From contig JBMORE010000185.1 of NCBI GenBank assembly GCA_049322255.1, positions 1 through 52,659 of the forward strand: a stretch of DNA of 52,659 nucleotides, given 5' to 3'. Source of the stretch: Myxococcota bacterium (GTDB lineage: Bacteria; Myxococcota; Myxococcia; Myxococcales; Myxococcaceae). Shown piece by piece: positions 1 through 8,355 of this stretch; the stretch's first letter is position 1; each line of letters begins with the position of its first letter. A program made the position numbers and the translations under genes. Below the pieces are notes generated by a model. That model was not told where the DNA came from. It ran no database searches and worked only from the letters and a program-made list of their open reading frames with translations.

Positions 1-459
1 CGGCTGGCCCGCGAGAAGGCCGAGGCGGAGCGGCTGGCAGCGGAGAGAGCGGCGGCAGCGAGGGCGGAGAAAGCACGGCTGGCACACGAAAAGGCCGAAG
101 AGAAGAAGCTTGCGGGCGAGGCAGAGGCTCCTGCCAGCAAGCGCCGTCAGCTCACGTTCGTCGGCTTCAAGCTCGAGCCAGCAAGCGCACGCGTCTACGT
201 GCGCACCGACGCGCCTGCGCGATACCGCATCAGCGAGAGCGACGGTGAGACGGTCATGGTCGAGCTCGAGAATACGGTCATCAAGCTCCCCAACAACCAG
301 CGGTTCCTCGATACCTCGTTCTTCGACACCGCGGTCGCGCTGGTCAGCCCCGTGGAGGGCCCCGATCGCTCGGTGCGGGTGGCGATCAAGCTGAAGCGCT
401 CCGTTCCCTACCAGGCGCGCCAAGAGGGGAACGAGGTGGTGGTCGAGTTCCAGAAGTGA
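1..459 (+). CDS. AMIN-domain envelope protein, C-terminal part (5' truncated by the window edge), preceded by an Ala/Glu/Lys/Arg-rich helical linker
   Basis: Frame 1 is open from base 1: RLAREKAEAERLAAERAAAARAEKARLAHEK..., then a beta-rich domain (LTFVGF...ARVYVRTD...RFLDTSFFDTAV...VRVAIKLK...GNEVVVEF). Lies directly upstream of lptD. Confidence 0.65.
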   Translation, partial: RLAREKAEAERLAAERAAAARAEKARLAHEKAEEKKLAGEAEAPASKRRQLTFVGFKLEPASARVYVRTDAPARYRISESDGETVMVELENTVIKLPNNQRFLDTSFFDTAVALVSPVEGPDRSVRVAIKLKRSVPYQARQEGNEVVVEFQK

Positions 460-474
460 AATGGTAGCGGCCGC

Positions 475-2895
475 ATGACGGCGGCGATTCCTCTCGCGCT
501 GGCGCTCTACATCGCCGGGCAGCTCCCGTTGGCGACCGAGGTCGAGCCCTCCGATGGACGTCGCATCGAGCTGGCCGCCGACCAGCTGGTGGTGGAAGGC
601 AAGCACGCCCGGGCGCGGGGCAACGCGGTCTTGAGGGTGCAGGGCGCGGTCGTGCGCGCGAACGAAATCCTCTACGACCAGACGAACGAGGTGGCCTCGG
701 CCAAGGGCAACGTGCGCTTGGTTACCACCGTCAACGGGCTGTACGCCGCCGTGGCCGAACATGTCACGGTCAAGGTCGAGGACGGCATTCCCGTCGAGGT
801 CTCTGTCAGCGGCGGGCTGGTGATGCAAAAGCGCAACGTCTCGGCCGAACAGCTGCTCGCCGCTCAAAGCGCCGAGGAGCTGCGCGACTTGGGCATCACC
901 TCGCTCATCCTTTCCGGCACCCGCCTGACCCGCCGGGGCGCTTCGGAGTGGGCGGTGGAAGAGCTCTCCTTCACGCCTTGCGACTGCGACCTCAAAAAGC
1001 CCAGCTGGCGCATCGGAGCCTCGAGCGCCAACATCGACGTCGAAGGCGAGCACGCCACCTTGTGGTTTCCCAGAGTGTACCTCGACCCGCTGCCCTTCCC
1101 GGTGCTCGCCCTTCCGTGGGTGTACCTTCCTCTTTCCGAGCGGCGTACCGGGCTGCTCGTGCCCAAGCCCTCCTTCAGCTCGCTCAACGGCTTTTCGCTC
1201 GAGCAGCCAGTGTTCTTCGCGCTCGGCCGCAGCTACGACCTCACCCTCACCCCGGGCTACTTCTTTGGCGCCAAAGGCAAGGACGGCAACGACACCTACT
1301 CGGGTATCCGCGGACCCCGGCTGTCGAGCGAATTCCGGTACGTGCCCTCGCAGCAAACCAACGGCCGCGTCACCTTCGGCACGCTGCTCGACCAGAAGGC
1401 ACGGCGAGACCCGCTCACCGGCGCCCCTCTCGCGGGCGCGCGCGGGTTGCGCTTCGAGGGCTCGCTGCAGCACGCTCAAGACCTGGGGGCCGGCTGGCAC
1501 GACCGGGCGGACGTTTCGGTGGTTTCCGATGGCTTCTACGTCCGCGACCTCACCGCCGACGTCGTCGCGCGCGAGTCAGAGTACCTGCGCTCGACCGGAG
1601 TCCTCTTCCACCGTGGGGTTGACCACTACCTGGGCCTCGACGTGGGGCTGCGCCAGGAACTTCGCTCCGGTTACCACTTCTTCGAGGACGACCTCTCGTC
1701 CGCCGGCGAGGTCTTGCGTGGGCCCAACACCTTTCACCGGCTCCCCGGCGTGCTCCTCTCGCTCCCGGAGCAGCGCGTCGCTGGGCCCTTGCGGCTTGGC
1801 CTGCGCACCGAATTCGTGAGGTTGGCGCCCTTCGTCGGAGTCACTTCCGACGAGACTTCGGGAGCGCCCTACGACGGCCGAGGAGACCGCGTCTTCCAGC
1901 CGGGCGAACGGCAGGCGCGCGACCGGCTCGACCTGATGCCGCGGGTCTCGGCGACGCTGGTGGGGGGCCGCTTCGGTCGCCTGACTCCCTACGCCGCCTA
2001 CCGGCAGGACTTCTACTTCGGCGAGTACGATCGCGCCGTGCGCGGGCGGGGCTACCCTCTGGGTGGGGTGGTGCTCGACAGCGAGGTGTCGCGCGTCTTC
2101 GGTGAAGGCCAAGGCTCGCTGCGGCACCTGGTGGCTCCCACCCTCGAGCTGCGCTACGTGCCCCGCGTCTTCGGCCACCAGCCGGTGCCCTATGACGAGA
2201 TCGACCTCGCGCTGTCGGGCAAGTCACGAATGCTGCAGCTGGTGGCGGAGATGCGCCAGCGCCTTCTTCGCAAGGAGGGCCTCGTTGCACGTGAGTTGGT
2301 CCGCCTCGACCTCGGCCAGGGGTTCGACCTGCTCGACAGACAAGGCATCGGTCCGCTCGCCGATACGTTTGCCCGGCTGTCGACCTCGTATGGCTGGTTG
2401 GGCCTGTCCGTGCTCGGGCGCTACGACGCCGCACAGGGCAGGGTGACGCAACTCGCCGCCAGCCTCCATCTCGACACCGGGCGCGGGCACACCCTATGGG
2501 CGGGGTATGACAAGCTGTTCAACCAGGGCTCCGACCGCTCGCGTCGAGGCATCGACCTGCTCGTCGGTTCGCCGAGCGACCCTGCGCTCGCTCCCGCGTA
2601 CGCCGAACAGCTCACCGCCGGGGCCAGGGTAGCATTCAAGTTCGGGCTGACGGCCCAGTATGACCTGCTCTTGGGACGCGAGCGCTTCGAGGTGGGCGGG
2701 GCGGAGCAGTTCAAGCTCAGCTTGCGCCAGCACGGGGTAGGAGTGAGTTACGGGCCCGCGTGCGACTGCTGGCGGCTGGGCCTTCACGCGGTGCAGCGGC
2801 CCGATGTTCGGGCGCCCCGGTACCTGCTCACCAGACCCGACTTGGCCGCCACCCTTTCCATCACCCGCTTCGGCTCCTTCGGCACCGGCGGTTGA
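475..2895 (+). CDS. lptD: LPS-assembly outer membrane protein LptD
   Basis: 806 aa with signal peptide, OstA-like N-domain (ARGNAVLR...ANEILYDQ), FTPCDC, ERRTGLLVP, SYDLTLTP motifs, and a beta-barrel ending in CDCW. Confidence 0.88.
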   Translation: MTAAIPLALALYIAGQLPLATEVEPSDGRRIELAADQLVVEGKHARARGNAVLRVQGAVVRANEILYDQTNEVASAKGNVRLVTTVNGLYAAVAEHVTVKVEDGIPVEVSVSGGLVMQKRNVSAEQLLAAQSAEELRDLGITSLILSGTRLTRRGASEWAVEELSFTPCDCDLKKPSWRIGASSANIDVEGEHATLWFPRVYLDPLPFPVLALPWVYLPLSERRTGLLVPKPSFSSLNGFSLEQPVFFALGRSYDLTLTPGYFFGAKGKDGNDTYSGIRGPRLSSEFRYVPSQQTNGRVTFGTLLDQKARRDPLTGAPLAGARGLRFEGSLQHAQDLGAGWHDRADVSVVSDGFYVRDLTADVVARESEYLRSTGVLFHRGVDHYLGLDVGLRQELRSGYHFFEDDLSSAGEVLRGPNTFHRLPGVLLSLPEQRVAGPLRLGLRTEFVRLAPFVGVTSDETSGAPYDGRGDRVFQPGERQARDRLDLMPRVSATLVGGRFGRLTPYAAYRQDFYFGEYDRAVRGRGYPLGGVVLDSEVSRVFGEGQGSLRHLVAPTLELRYVPRVFGHQPVPYDEIDLALSGKSRMLQLVAEMRQRLLRKEGLVARELVRLDLGQGFDLLDRQGIGPLADTFARLSTSYGWLGLSVLGRYDAAQGRVTQLAASLHLDTGRGHTLWAGYDKLFNQGSDRSRRGIDLLVGSPSDPALAPAYAEQLTAGARVAFKFGLTAQYDLLLGRERFEVGGAEQFKLSLRQHGVGVSYGPACDCWRLGLHAVQRPDVRAPRYLLTRPDLAATLSITRFGSFGTGG

Positions 2896-3016
2896 GGAAG
2901 GCAGCTGTCGGGCGGAGTTCACTCCGCGTCGCTGGCGGCCTCCCCCCGACCTGTTAGGAAGCCGACTCCCTAACGCATTGAATCCCTTGGGGGGGCAACT
3001 ACTTCATCGAGGAATT

Positions 3017-3361
3017 GTGTCGGACCTAGGAAAGCGATTGGGAAGGCGGATTCGTGAGCTTCGCACCCAGCGCTCCGAGCGCTGGACGCAGGAGGATCTC
3101 GCCGAACACGCGCGGATCAGCGTGTCGTTTCTATCGATGATCGAACGTGGCGAGCGCGTCGCCCACGTCGACACGCTGGCGGCCATCGCTCGGGCGCTCA
3201 ACGTCAGTCTGGCCGAGCTGTTCGCCGGGACGGACGAGCCGAGCGGCGAGCGCGACGTGGCAGGGCCGCTGGTGGACTTCGTTCGTGCCCGACGGCTCAC
3301 CGCGCGCGACGTCGAACGTCTGCTGGGGGTTGCCCGGGCGATGTTCAGCTCCGCCCCTTAA
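3017..3361 (+). CDS. XRE-family helix-turn-helix transcriptional regulator
   Basis: GTG start after GAGGA; LGRRIRELR...WTQEDLAEHARISVSFLSMIERGER...LAAIARALNVSLAELF is an HTH_3 signature. Confidence 0.9.
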   Translation: MSDLGKRLGRRIRELRTQRSERWTQEDLAEHARISVSFLSMIERGERVAHVDTLAAIARALNVSLAELFAGTDEPSGERDVAGPLVDFVRARRLTARDVERLLGVARAMFSSAP

Positions 3362-3449
3362 GAAGGGAGGGCGGACCCTACAGTTCTTGACTGAACACCA
3401 GGCCAGCCGGAAAGATACGCGCCTTCTCACTCGAAGGAGTCGATAGCCG

Positions 3450-4973
3450 ATGCGTCTTGGCACGGTCGTGCTCGCCGTTTCGTGCAGCACCCTGCTCGCG
3501 TGCGGCGACGTGAGCCCCTCCTCGCTGGAGTTCGTGGAAATCTCCCCCGAGCAGCCGAAGCTGGGCGACGTGGTCACCATCAAGTTCCGGGCGGTGGACA
3601 GCCGGGGACAGCCGCAGGCGGGTGCCCTGGTGGAGTTCAGCCTCCAGTCCGAAAACCCGGCGGTGAAGCTCAGCCCCACCTCGGCGGGCACGAACAAAGG
3701 CGACGGCATTGCCTCTACGCAGCTCATCGCCAGTGGGCGTGTCGCCTCGGTGGTGGTGATTGCCACCTCGGGTGACAAGACAGCGGTGTCTCCCCCCATC
3801 GCCTTCGCGGGCGCCGCCGCCAACCACAAGCAAATGGTCTTCCAGTGTGGGCCGATCTCCAGCGAGGGTTCGGGTGGTGTCCACGCGATCGGCGCCTATG
3901 ACGAGACGCGCCACCTCATCGCCGGCGTGCGTCTCGACTGCTTCGTGCACGTGGGAGACCGCAACGGTGACGGGCTCAGCAATGTTCAGGTGACCTTCCT
4001 CACGGAGGCGGGCACCATCGCTCCTACCGGAATCACCGACGACAAGGGAACGGCCACCGCCCTGTACCAGACCAGCTACCCATTGCCCAAGGACGTCAGC
4101 CCCGGCACCTTCAGCTGGACCCCTCCCAACGACTCCAACCACACGGGGGAATACATTGCCCCGCTGTGGATGCACCCTTTCGAGTGGGTAAGTAACCCCG
4201 TCACCCAGTATGGCCAGGTGGGGGTTACGCCGAACCTCCAAGAACCGCGCCGCGCCGACCCGATTCGTCCGGGGCGGTCGCTCAACTCACGCGACAACCT
4301 GGTGTCGATGATTGCCATCACCACCGGTGAAGAAGCCTTCGACGACATCAACAACAATGGGCGCTACGACAACGGCGAGCCATACACCGACCTCACCGAG
4401 CCCTTCGTCGACGACAACGACAACGGCACCTGGGACCAGGACGAGCGCTACGTGGACACCAACGGCAACGGCCGGTGGGACGGGAAAAACGGGGTTTACG
4501 ACGCCTCCACCCTCATTTGGGTGCAGGAGCGCATTTTGTGGACAGGGATTCCACATCCGCGCGACGTCGTGGGCACCGCCGAGCCGGTGTTCCGCCTGAT
4601 TGAGCCCACGGGTCCGGTCAATCTTCCGCACTTCGGTAGCGTACAGGTAATTCTTCTTCTCGCCGACCCGTGGTTCAACACCATTGCCTCGAACGCGGAG
4701 GGCGACGGCTGCGGAACGTTGCCTTCCGAGGACGAACCCCTGGTCGTTGCATTGCCCAGCCGAACTGGCGGACTGCCCTTCACTTACCCGGCATTCGCGT
4801 TGCTCTCCTATCAAATCAAGGACGCGCACAAGCTGACCCCGCCTGATCCCCCGCACAACCCGGCGGTGAACTTCATCGCCCCCTTGCGCTGCGAGTTCAC
4901 TGCCACCCCGCACGACGACGGTACCCACACCGTCATCATCAACACCGGCGCGATCTCGGGTACGGTTCTCTGA
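3450..4973 (+). CDS. Lipoprotein with Ig-like (invasin/Big_1-like) domains and Asp/Asn-rich putative Ca2+-binding loops
   Basis: Lipobox LLAC; Big_1-like strands (DSRGQPQAGALVEF; DRNGDGLSNVQVTF...TDDKGTATA); repeated DxNxNGxxD loops; AAGGAG RBS. Confidence 0.7.
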   Translation: MRLGTVVLAVSCSTLLACGDVSPSSLEFVEISPEQPKLGDVVTIKFRAVDSRGQPQAGALVEFSLQSENPAVKLSPTSAGTNKGDGIASTQLIASGRVASVVVIATSGDKTAVSPPIAFAGAAANHKQMVFQCGPISSEGSGGVHAIGAYDETRHLIAGVRLDCFVHVGDRNGDGLSNVQVTFLTEAGTIAPTGITDDKGTATALYQTSYPLPKDVSPGTFSWTPPNDSNHTGEYIAPLWMHPFEWVSNPVTQYGQVGVTPNLQEPRRADPIRPGRSLNSRDNLVSMIAITTGEEAFDDINNNGRYDNGEPYTDLTEPFVDDNDNGTWDQDERYVDTNGNGRWDGKNGVYDASTLIWVQERILWTGIPHPRDVVGTAEPVFRLIEPTGPVNLPHFGSVQVILLLADPWFNTIASNAEGDGCGTLPSEDEPLVVALPSRTGGLPFTYPAFALLSYQIKDAHKLTPPDPPHNPAVNFIAPLRCEFTATPHDDGTHTVIINTGAISGTVL

Positions 4974-5019
4974 CCGCGTCTTTCACGGTGGGGCTCTTGT
5001 CCGTACGCGCGGAGGCGGT

Positions 5020-5799
5020 ATGGGAGAGGCACAAGTTCGCTACGAGGTTTTGGCCGGGCAAGCGGTCCTGACCATCGATCGTGAGAAGGCGCGTAACGCT
5101 CTCTCGCCTCAGGTGATTGCCGAGCTCAGCGAAGCCATCACCCGAGCGGAGGGCGACCCCGCGGTGCGGGTGCTGGTGCTCACCGGTGCCGGTCAGAAAG
5201 TCTTCTGTGCCGGTGGAGACCTGACCGGCATGAAGGGCGACGGCTTCTTGGCCGGACACGAGGGCCGCCGCGCCTTCGGAGCGCTGCTCACCCGCCTCTC
5301 GGCATGCCGAAAGCCATCGGTCGCTCAGGTGAACGGCCACGCCCTGGCCGGCGGGCTGGGGCTGATGCTCTCGTGCGATTTGGCGGTGGCCGTCGAGCAC
5401 GCCCAATTCGGCACCCCGGAGATTGACGTCGGGCTGTTCCCGATGATGGTGATGGCGCTTCTTCAGCGGCACGTGGGTCGAAAGCGTGCGCTGCAGCTGG
5501 TGATGACCGGCGAGCGGCTCTCCAGCCAAACCGCGCTGGAGTGGGGCCTGGTCAATCAGGTGGTGCCGGCGGCCGATCTTTCCTCCGCGGTGGGCGTGCT
5601 GGCCGAGAAGCTCGCCGGCAAGAGCCAGACGGTGCTCGCTTTGGGGCGCCAGGCCTTCTTCGCCGCCGAAGATCTGCCGTTTCCCCAGGCCATCGAGCTT
5701 CTCGCCTCGCAGCTGTCCCTCAATCTCTACACCGAAGACGCCAGTGAGGGAGTGACCGCCTTCCTGGAGAAGCGCAAACCGAAGTGGCGCGATCGTTAA
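5020..5799 (+). CDS. Enoyl-CoA hydratase/isomerase family protein
   Basis: FCAGGDL, VNGHALAGGLGL..CDL, FGTPEIDVG, EGVTAFLEKRKP. Confidence 0.93.
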   Translation: MGEAQVRYEVLAGQAVLTIDREKARNALSPQVIAELSEAITRAEGDPAVRVLVLTGAGQKVFCAGGDLTGMKGDGFLAGHEGRRAFGALLTRLSACRKPSVAQVNGHALAGGLGLMLSCDLAVAVEHAQFGTPEIDVGLFPMMVMALLQRHVGRKRALQLVMTGERLSSQTALEWGLVNQVVPAADLSSAVGVLAEKLAGKSQTVLALGRQAFFAAEDLPFPQAIELLASQLSLNLYTEDASEGVTAFLEKRKPKWRDR

Positions 5800-5804
5800 A
5801 AGCG

Positions 5805-6641
5805 TCAGTCGAGCTTGAGTCGCAAGAGGCTCTCCGCGTCCACCCAGCGGTCGTCCACCTTCACTCCCCAGTGCAGGTGTGGCCCGGTGACCCGCCCCGT
5901 CTTGCCCACCTCGCCGAGCAGCTGGCCCTTTTTCACACGCTGCCCCTGCTTCACCGCGAATTTCGAGAGGTGGAAGTAGGCGGTGTAGAGCGCGGCGCCG
6001 TGGTGGAGCACCACCGCGTTCCCCGCGGAGTAGCACTCCCGCACCAGCACCACCCGGCCGTCATTCGCCGCGTGCACCGGCTCTCCGATGCGGCCATCGA
6101 TGTCGGTGCCGAAGTGCTGGCTCTGCTTCTTGCCGTTGAACACCCGCAAGTCTCCGTACGGGGCGGTGACTTCCGCGCGTCGTGGCCAGGCGAAGCTGCC
6201 TCCAAAGAGCCACCCCCTCGGCTTCTGGTCGAACGCTCTCTTGAAGGCCGCCCGGTCCTCGGCGATCCACCTTTTCACCTTGGGAGGTGGCGCGACGTAC
6301 TTGTTCTCCACCGTCAGCGGGCGCTGATTGAAGTTGGGCGGTACGACATCGAGGGTGCCCACCAGCTCGTCCAGTCCCTCCCCCGGGTGGATCCGAACCT
6401 CGACCGCCCCTGGCCCGGTCTCGACCGGCAAGCCAGTGATGGCCTGGAAGACACCACGGTAGAGGAAGAAAGTGAGGGGAGCTCCGCCCAGCTCGCCCGA
6501 GGGGGTCGTCGGCGCGCCGTACACCCGAACCCGTACTGCATCGCCTGGCCGGGCGGTGGCGGGCTGCAGCTCGAGCACTTGCGTGGACAGCCCGGGAGAG
6601 GCGACGAGCACGCTGACGGTGGCGAAGGCGGAAAGGCTCAC
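5805..6641 (-). CDS. M23 family metallopeptidase
   Basis: HFGTD (HxxxD) and TGPHLHWG (HxH) zinc motifs; YTAYFHLS; N-terminal signal-like segment. Confidence 0.92.
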   Translation of the reverse strand: MSLSAFATVSVLVASPGLSTQVLELQPATARPGDAVRVRVYGAPTTPSGELGGAPLTFFLYRGVFQAITGLPVETGPGAVEVRIHPGEGLDELVGTLDVVPPNFNQRPLTVENKYVAPPPKVKRWIAEDRAAFKRAFDQKPRGWLFGGSFAWPRRAEVTAPYGDLRVFNGKKQSQHFGTDIDGRIGEPVHAANDGRVVLVRECYSAGNAVVLHHGAALYTAYFHLSKFAVKQGQRVKKGQLLGEVGKTGRVTGPHLHWGVKVDDRWVDAESLLRLKLD

Positions 6642-6705
6642 TTGCGGAGCATTTCGTTCGTCTCCGCGCGCGTCAAGGAAGCATCGGACGCATCGGAGGC
6701 TTTCC

Positions 6706-6735
6706 TTGACCGAAGTGAAACCCGATCGTTAGCTT
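6706..6735 (+). promoter_or_regulatory. Possible sigma70-type promoter for serA
   Basis: TTGACC followed 17-18 nt later by TTAGCT/TAGCTT, about 45 nt upstream of the serA ATG. Pattern match only. Confidence 0.35.
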
Positions 6736-6777
6736 GCCGCCTTTCTTTTGACTGACAAGGCGCCTGCGAGGACGCGA

Positions 6778-8352
6778 ATGAAGCTTTTGGTGGCCGATGA
6801 TCTCTCCGCCGACGGGGTGGACATTCTGCGGCACGGCAAGGGCCTGACGGTAGACGTGAAGGTCGGCCTCAAGCCCGCAGAGCTGCAGGCCATCGTCGGC
6901 GACTACGACGCGCTGGCGGTGCGCAGCGCGACCAAAGTGACCGCCCAAATCATCGAAGCGGGGAAGCGCTTGCGCCTCGTCGGTCGCGCCGGCGTGGGAG
7001 TGGACAACATCGATCTCGAGGCGGCGAATAAACGCGGCATCGTGGTGATGAACACCCCGGGAGGCAACACCATCACCGTGGCCGAGCTGACGGTGGCGAT
7101 GATGATGGCCATCTCCCGCCACATCGCCCAGGCCACCGCGAGCATCAAGGGCGGTAGGTGGGAGAAGAAGAAGTTCCAGGGCCGCGAGCTGTTCAACAAG
7201 ACGCTGGGCGTGATCGGCATCGGCAACATCGGCTCGGTGGTGGTGGACCGCTGCCTGGGAATGAAGATGAAGGTCATCGCCTATGACCCGTTCATCTCTC
7301 CCGAGGCGGCCAAGCGCATGGGCTGCGAGCTGGTGACGCTCGACGAGGTCTTGCGCCGCGCCGACTACGTGTCGATTCACGTACCGCTCACCGAGCAGAC
7401 CAAGAACCTGGTCAACAAAGACGCGCTGGCGAAAATGAAGAAGGGCGCCTTCTTGGTGAACTGCGCGCGCGGAGGCATCGTCGACGAGGCGGCGCTGGCC
7501 GAGACGCTGACCTCAGGGCAGCTGGGCGGAGCGGCGTTCGACGTCTTCGCCACCGAGCCGGTGTCTCCCGACAACCCGCTCCTTCGGCTCGACAACTTCA
7601 TCTGCACTCCGCACCTGGGCGCATCCACCGAAGAGGCGCAGCAGAACGTGGCCACCGCGCTCGCCGAGCAGATGGTCGACTATTTGGTGCACGGCACCAT
7701 TCGCAACGCGGTGAACGTTCCCTCGGTGTCGCGCGAGCTCCTGGAGAAGTTGGGCCCCTGGCTCATGTTGGCGCATCGGTTGGGCGAGCTCGCGGGGCAG
7801 CTGGGGCCGGAGGGCGTCACCGGGGTAGAGGTCACCGCCACCGGAGAGATCAAGGAGCAGCCCCTCAAGCCCATCACCGTGCAGGCGCTCAAGGGCCTCT
7901 TGTCTCAGGTGTGGGGGGAGGCGGTGAACGAGGTGAGCGCCCCGGCGTTGGCCAAGGAACGCGGCATCGAGGTGCTGGAGCAGCGCAGAGGCGAGCACGA
8001 AGAGTTCGCCTCCACCCTCTCGCTTCGGGTGAGAGGAAAGGTCGAGGTGCTGGTGGAGGGCACGGTGTTCGGTCGCCGCGACCCGCGCATCACCCGCGTC
8101 AACCAGTTCGAGATCGAGGCCGTGCCCAGCGGAACGCTGATCGCCATTCACAACCGCGACGTGCCCGGCGTGGTGGGCAAGGTGGGTACCCTGCTCGGTG
8201 ACGAGAAAGTGAACATCGCCCGCATTCACCTCTCCCGCGACCGTGGGGAAGCGTTCTCGCTCATCAATCTGGACAGCGAGCCTCCCACCCGAGTGGTGGA
8301 CGGAATCAAAGCCATTCCGGGCGTGATGAGCGTGCGCCTGATTCGCCTGTAG
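6778..8352 (+). CDS. serA: D-3-phosphoglycerate dehydrogenase (long type with ASB and ACT domains)
   Basis: GRAGVGVDNID, GVIGIGNIG, VNCARGG, TPHLGASTEEAQ; C-terminal ACT (NRDVPGVVGKVG). ATG at 6778 after GAGGA. Confidence 0.95.
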   Translation: MKLLVADDLSADGVDILRHGKGLTVDVKVGLKPAELQAIVGDYDALAVRSATKVTAQIIEAGKRLRLVGRAGVGVDNIDLEAANKRGIVVMNTPGGNTITVAELTVAMMMAISRHIAQATASIKGGRWEKKKFQGRELFNKTLGVIGIGNIGSVVVDRCLGMKMKVIAYDPFISPEAAKRMGCELVTLDEVLRRADYVSIHVPLTEQTKNLVNKDALAKMKKGAFLVNCARGGIVDEAALAETLTSGQLGGAAFDVFATEPVSPDNPLLRLDNFICTPHLGASTEEAQQNVATALAEQMVDYLVHGTIRNAVNVPSVSRELLEKLGPWLMLAHRLGELAGQLGPEGVTGVEVTATGEIKEQPLKPITVQALKGLLSQVWGEAVNEVSAPALAKERGIEVLEQRRGEHEEFASTLSLRVRGKVEVLVEGTVFGRRDPRITRVNQFEIEAVPSGTLIAIHNRDVPGVVGKVGTLLGDEKVNIARIHLSRDRGEAFSLINLDSEPPTRVVDGIKAIPGVMSVRLIRL

Positions 8353-8355
8353 CGC

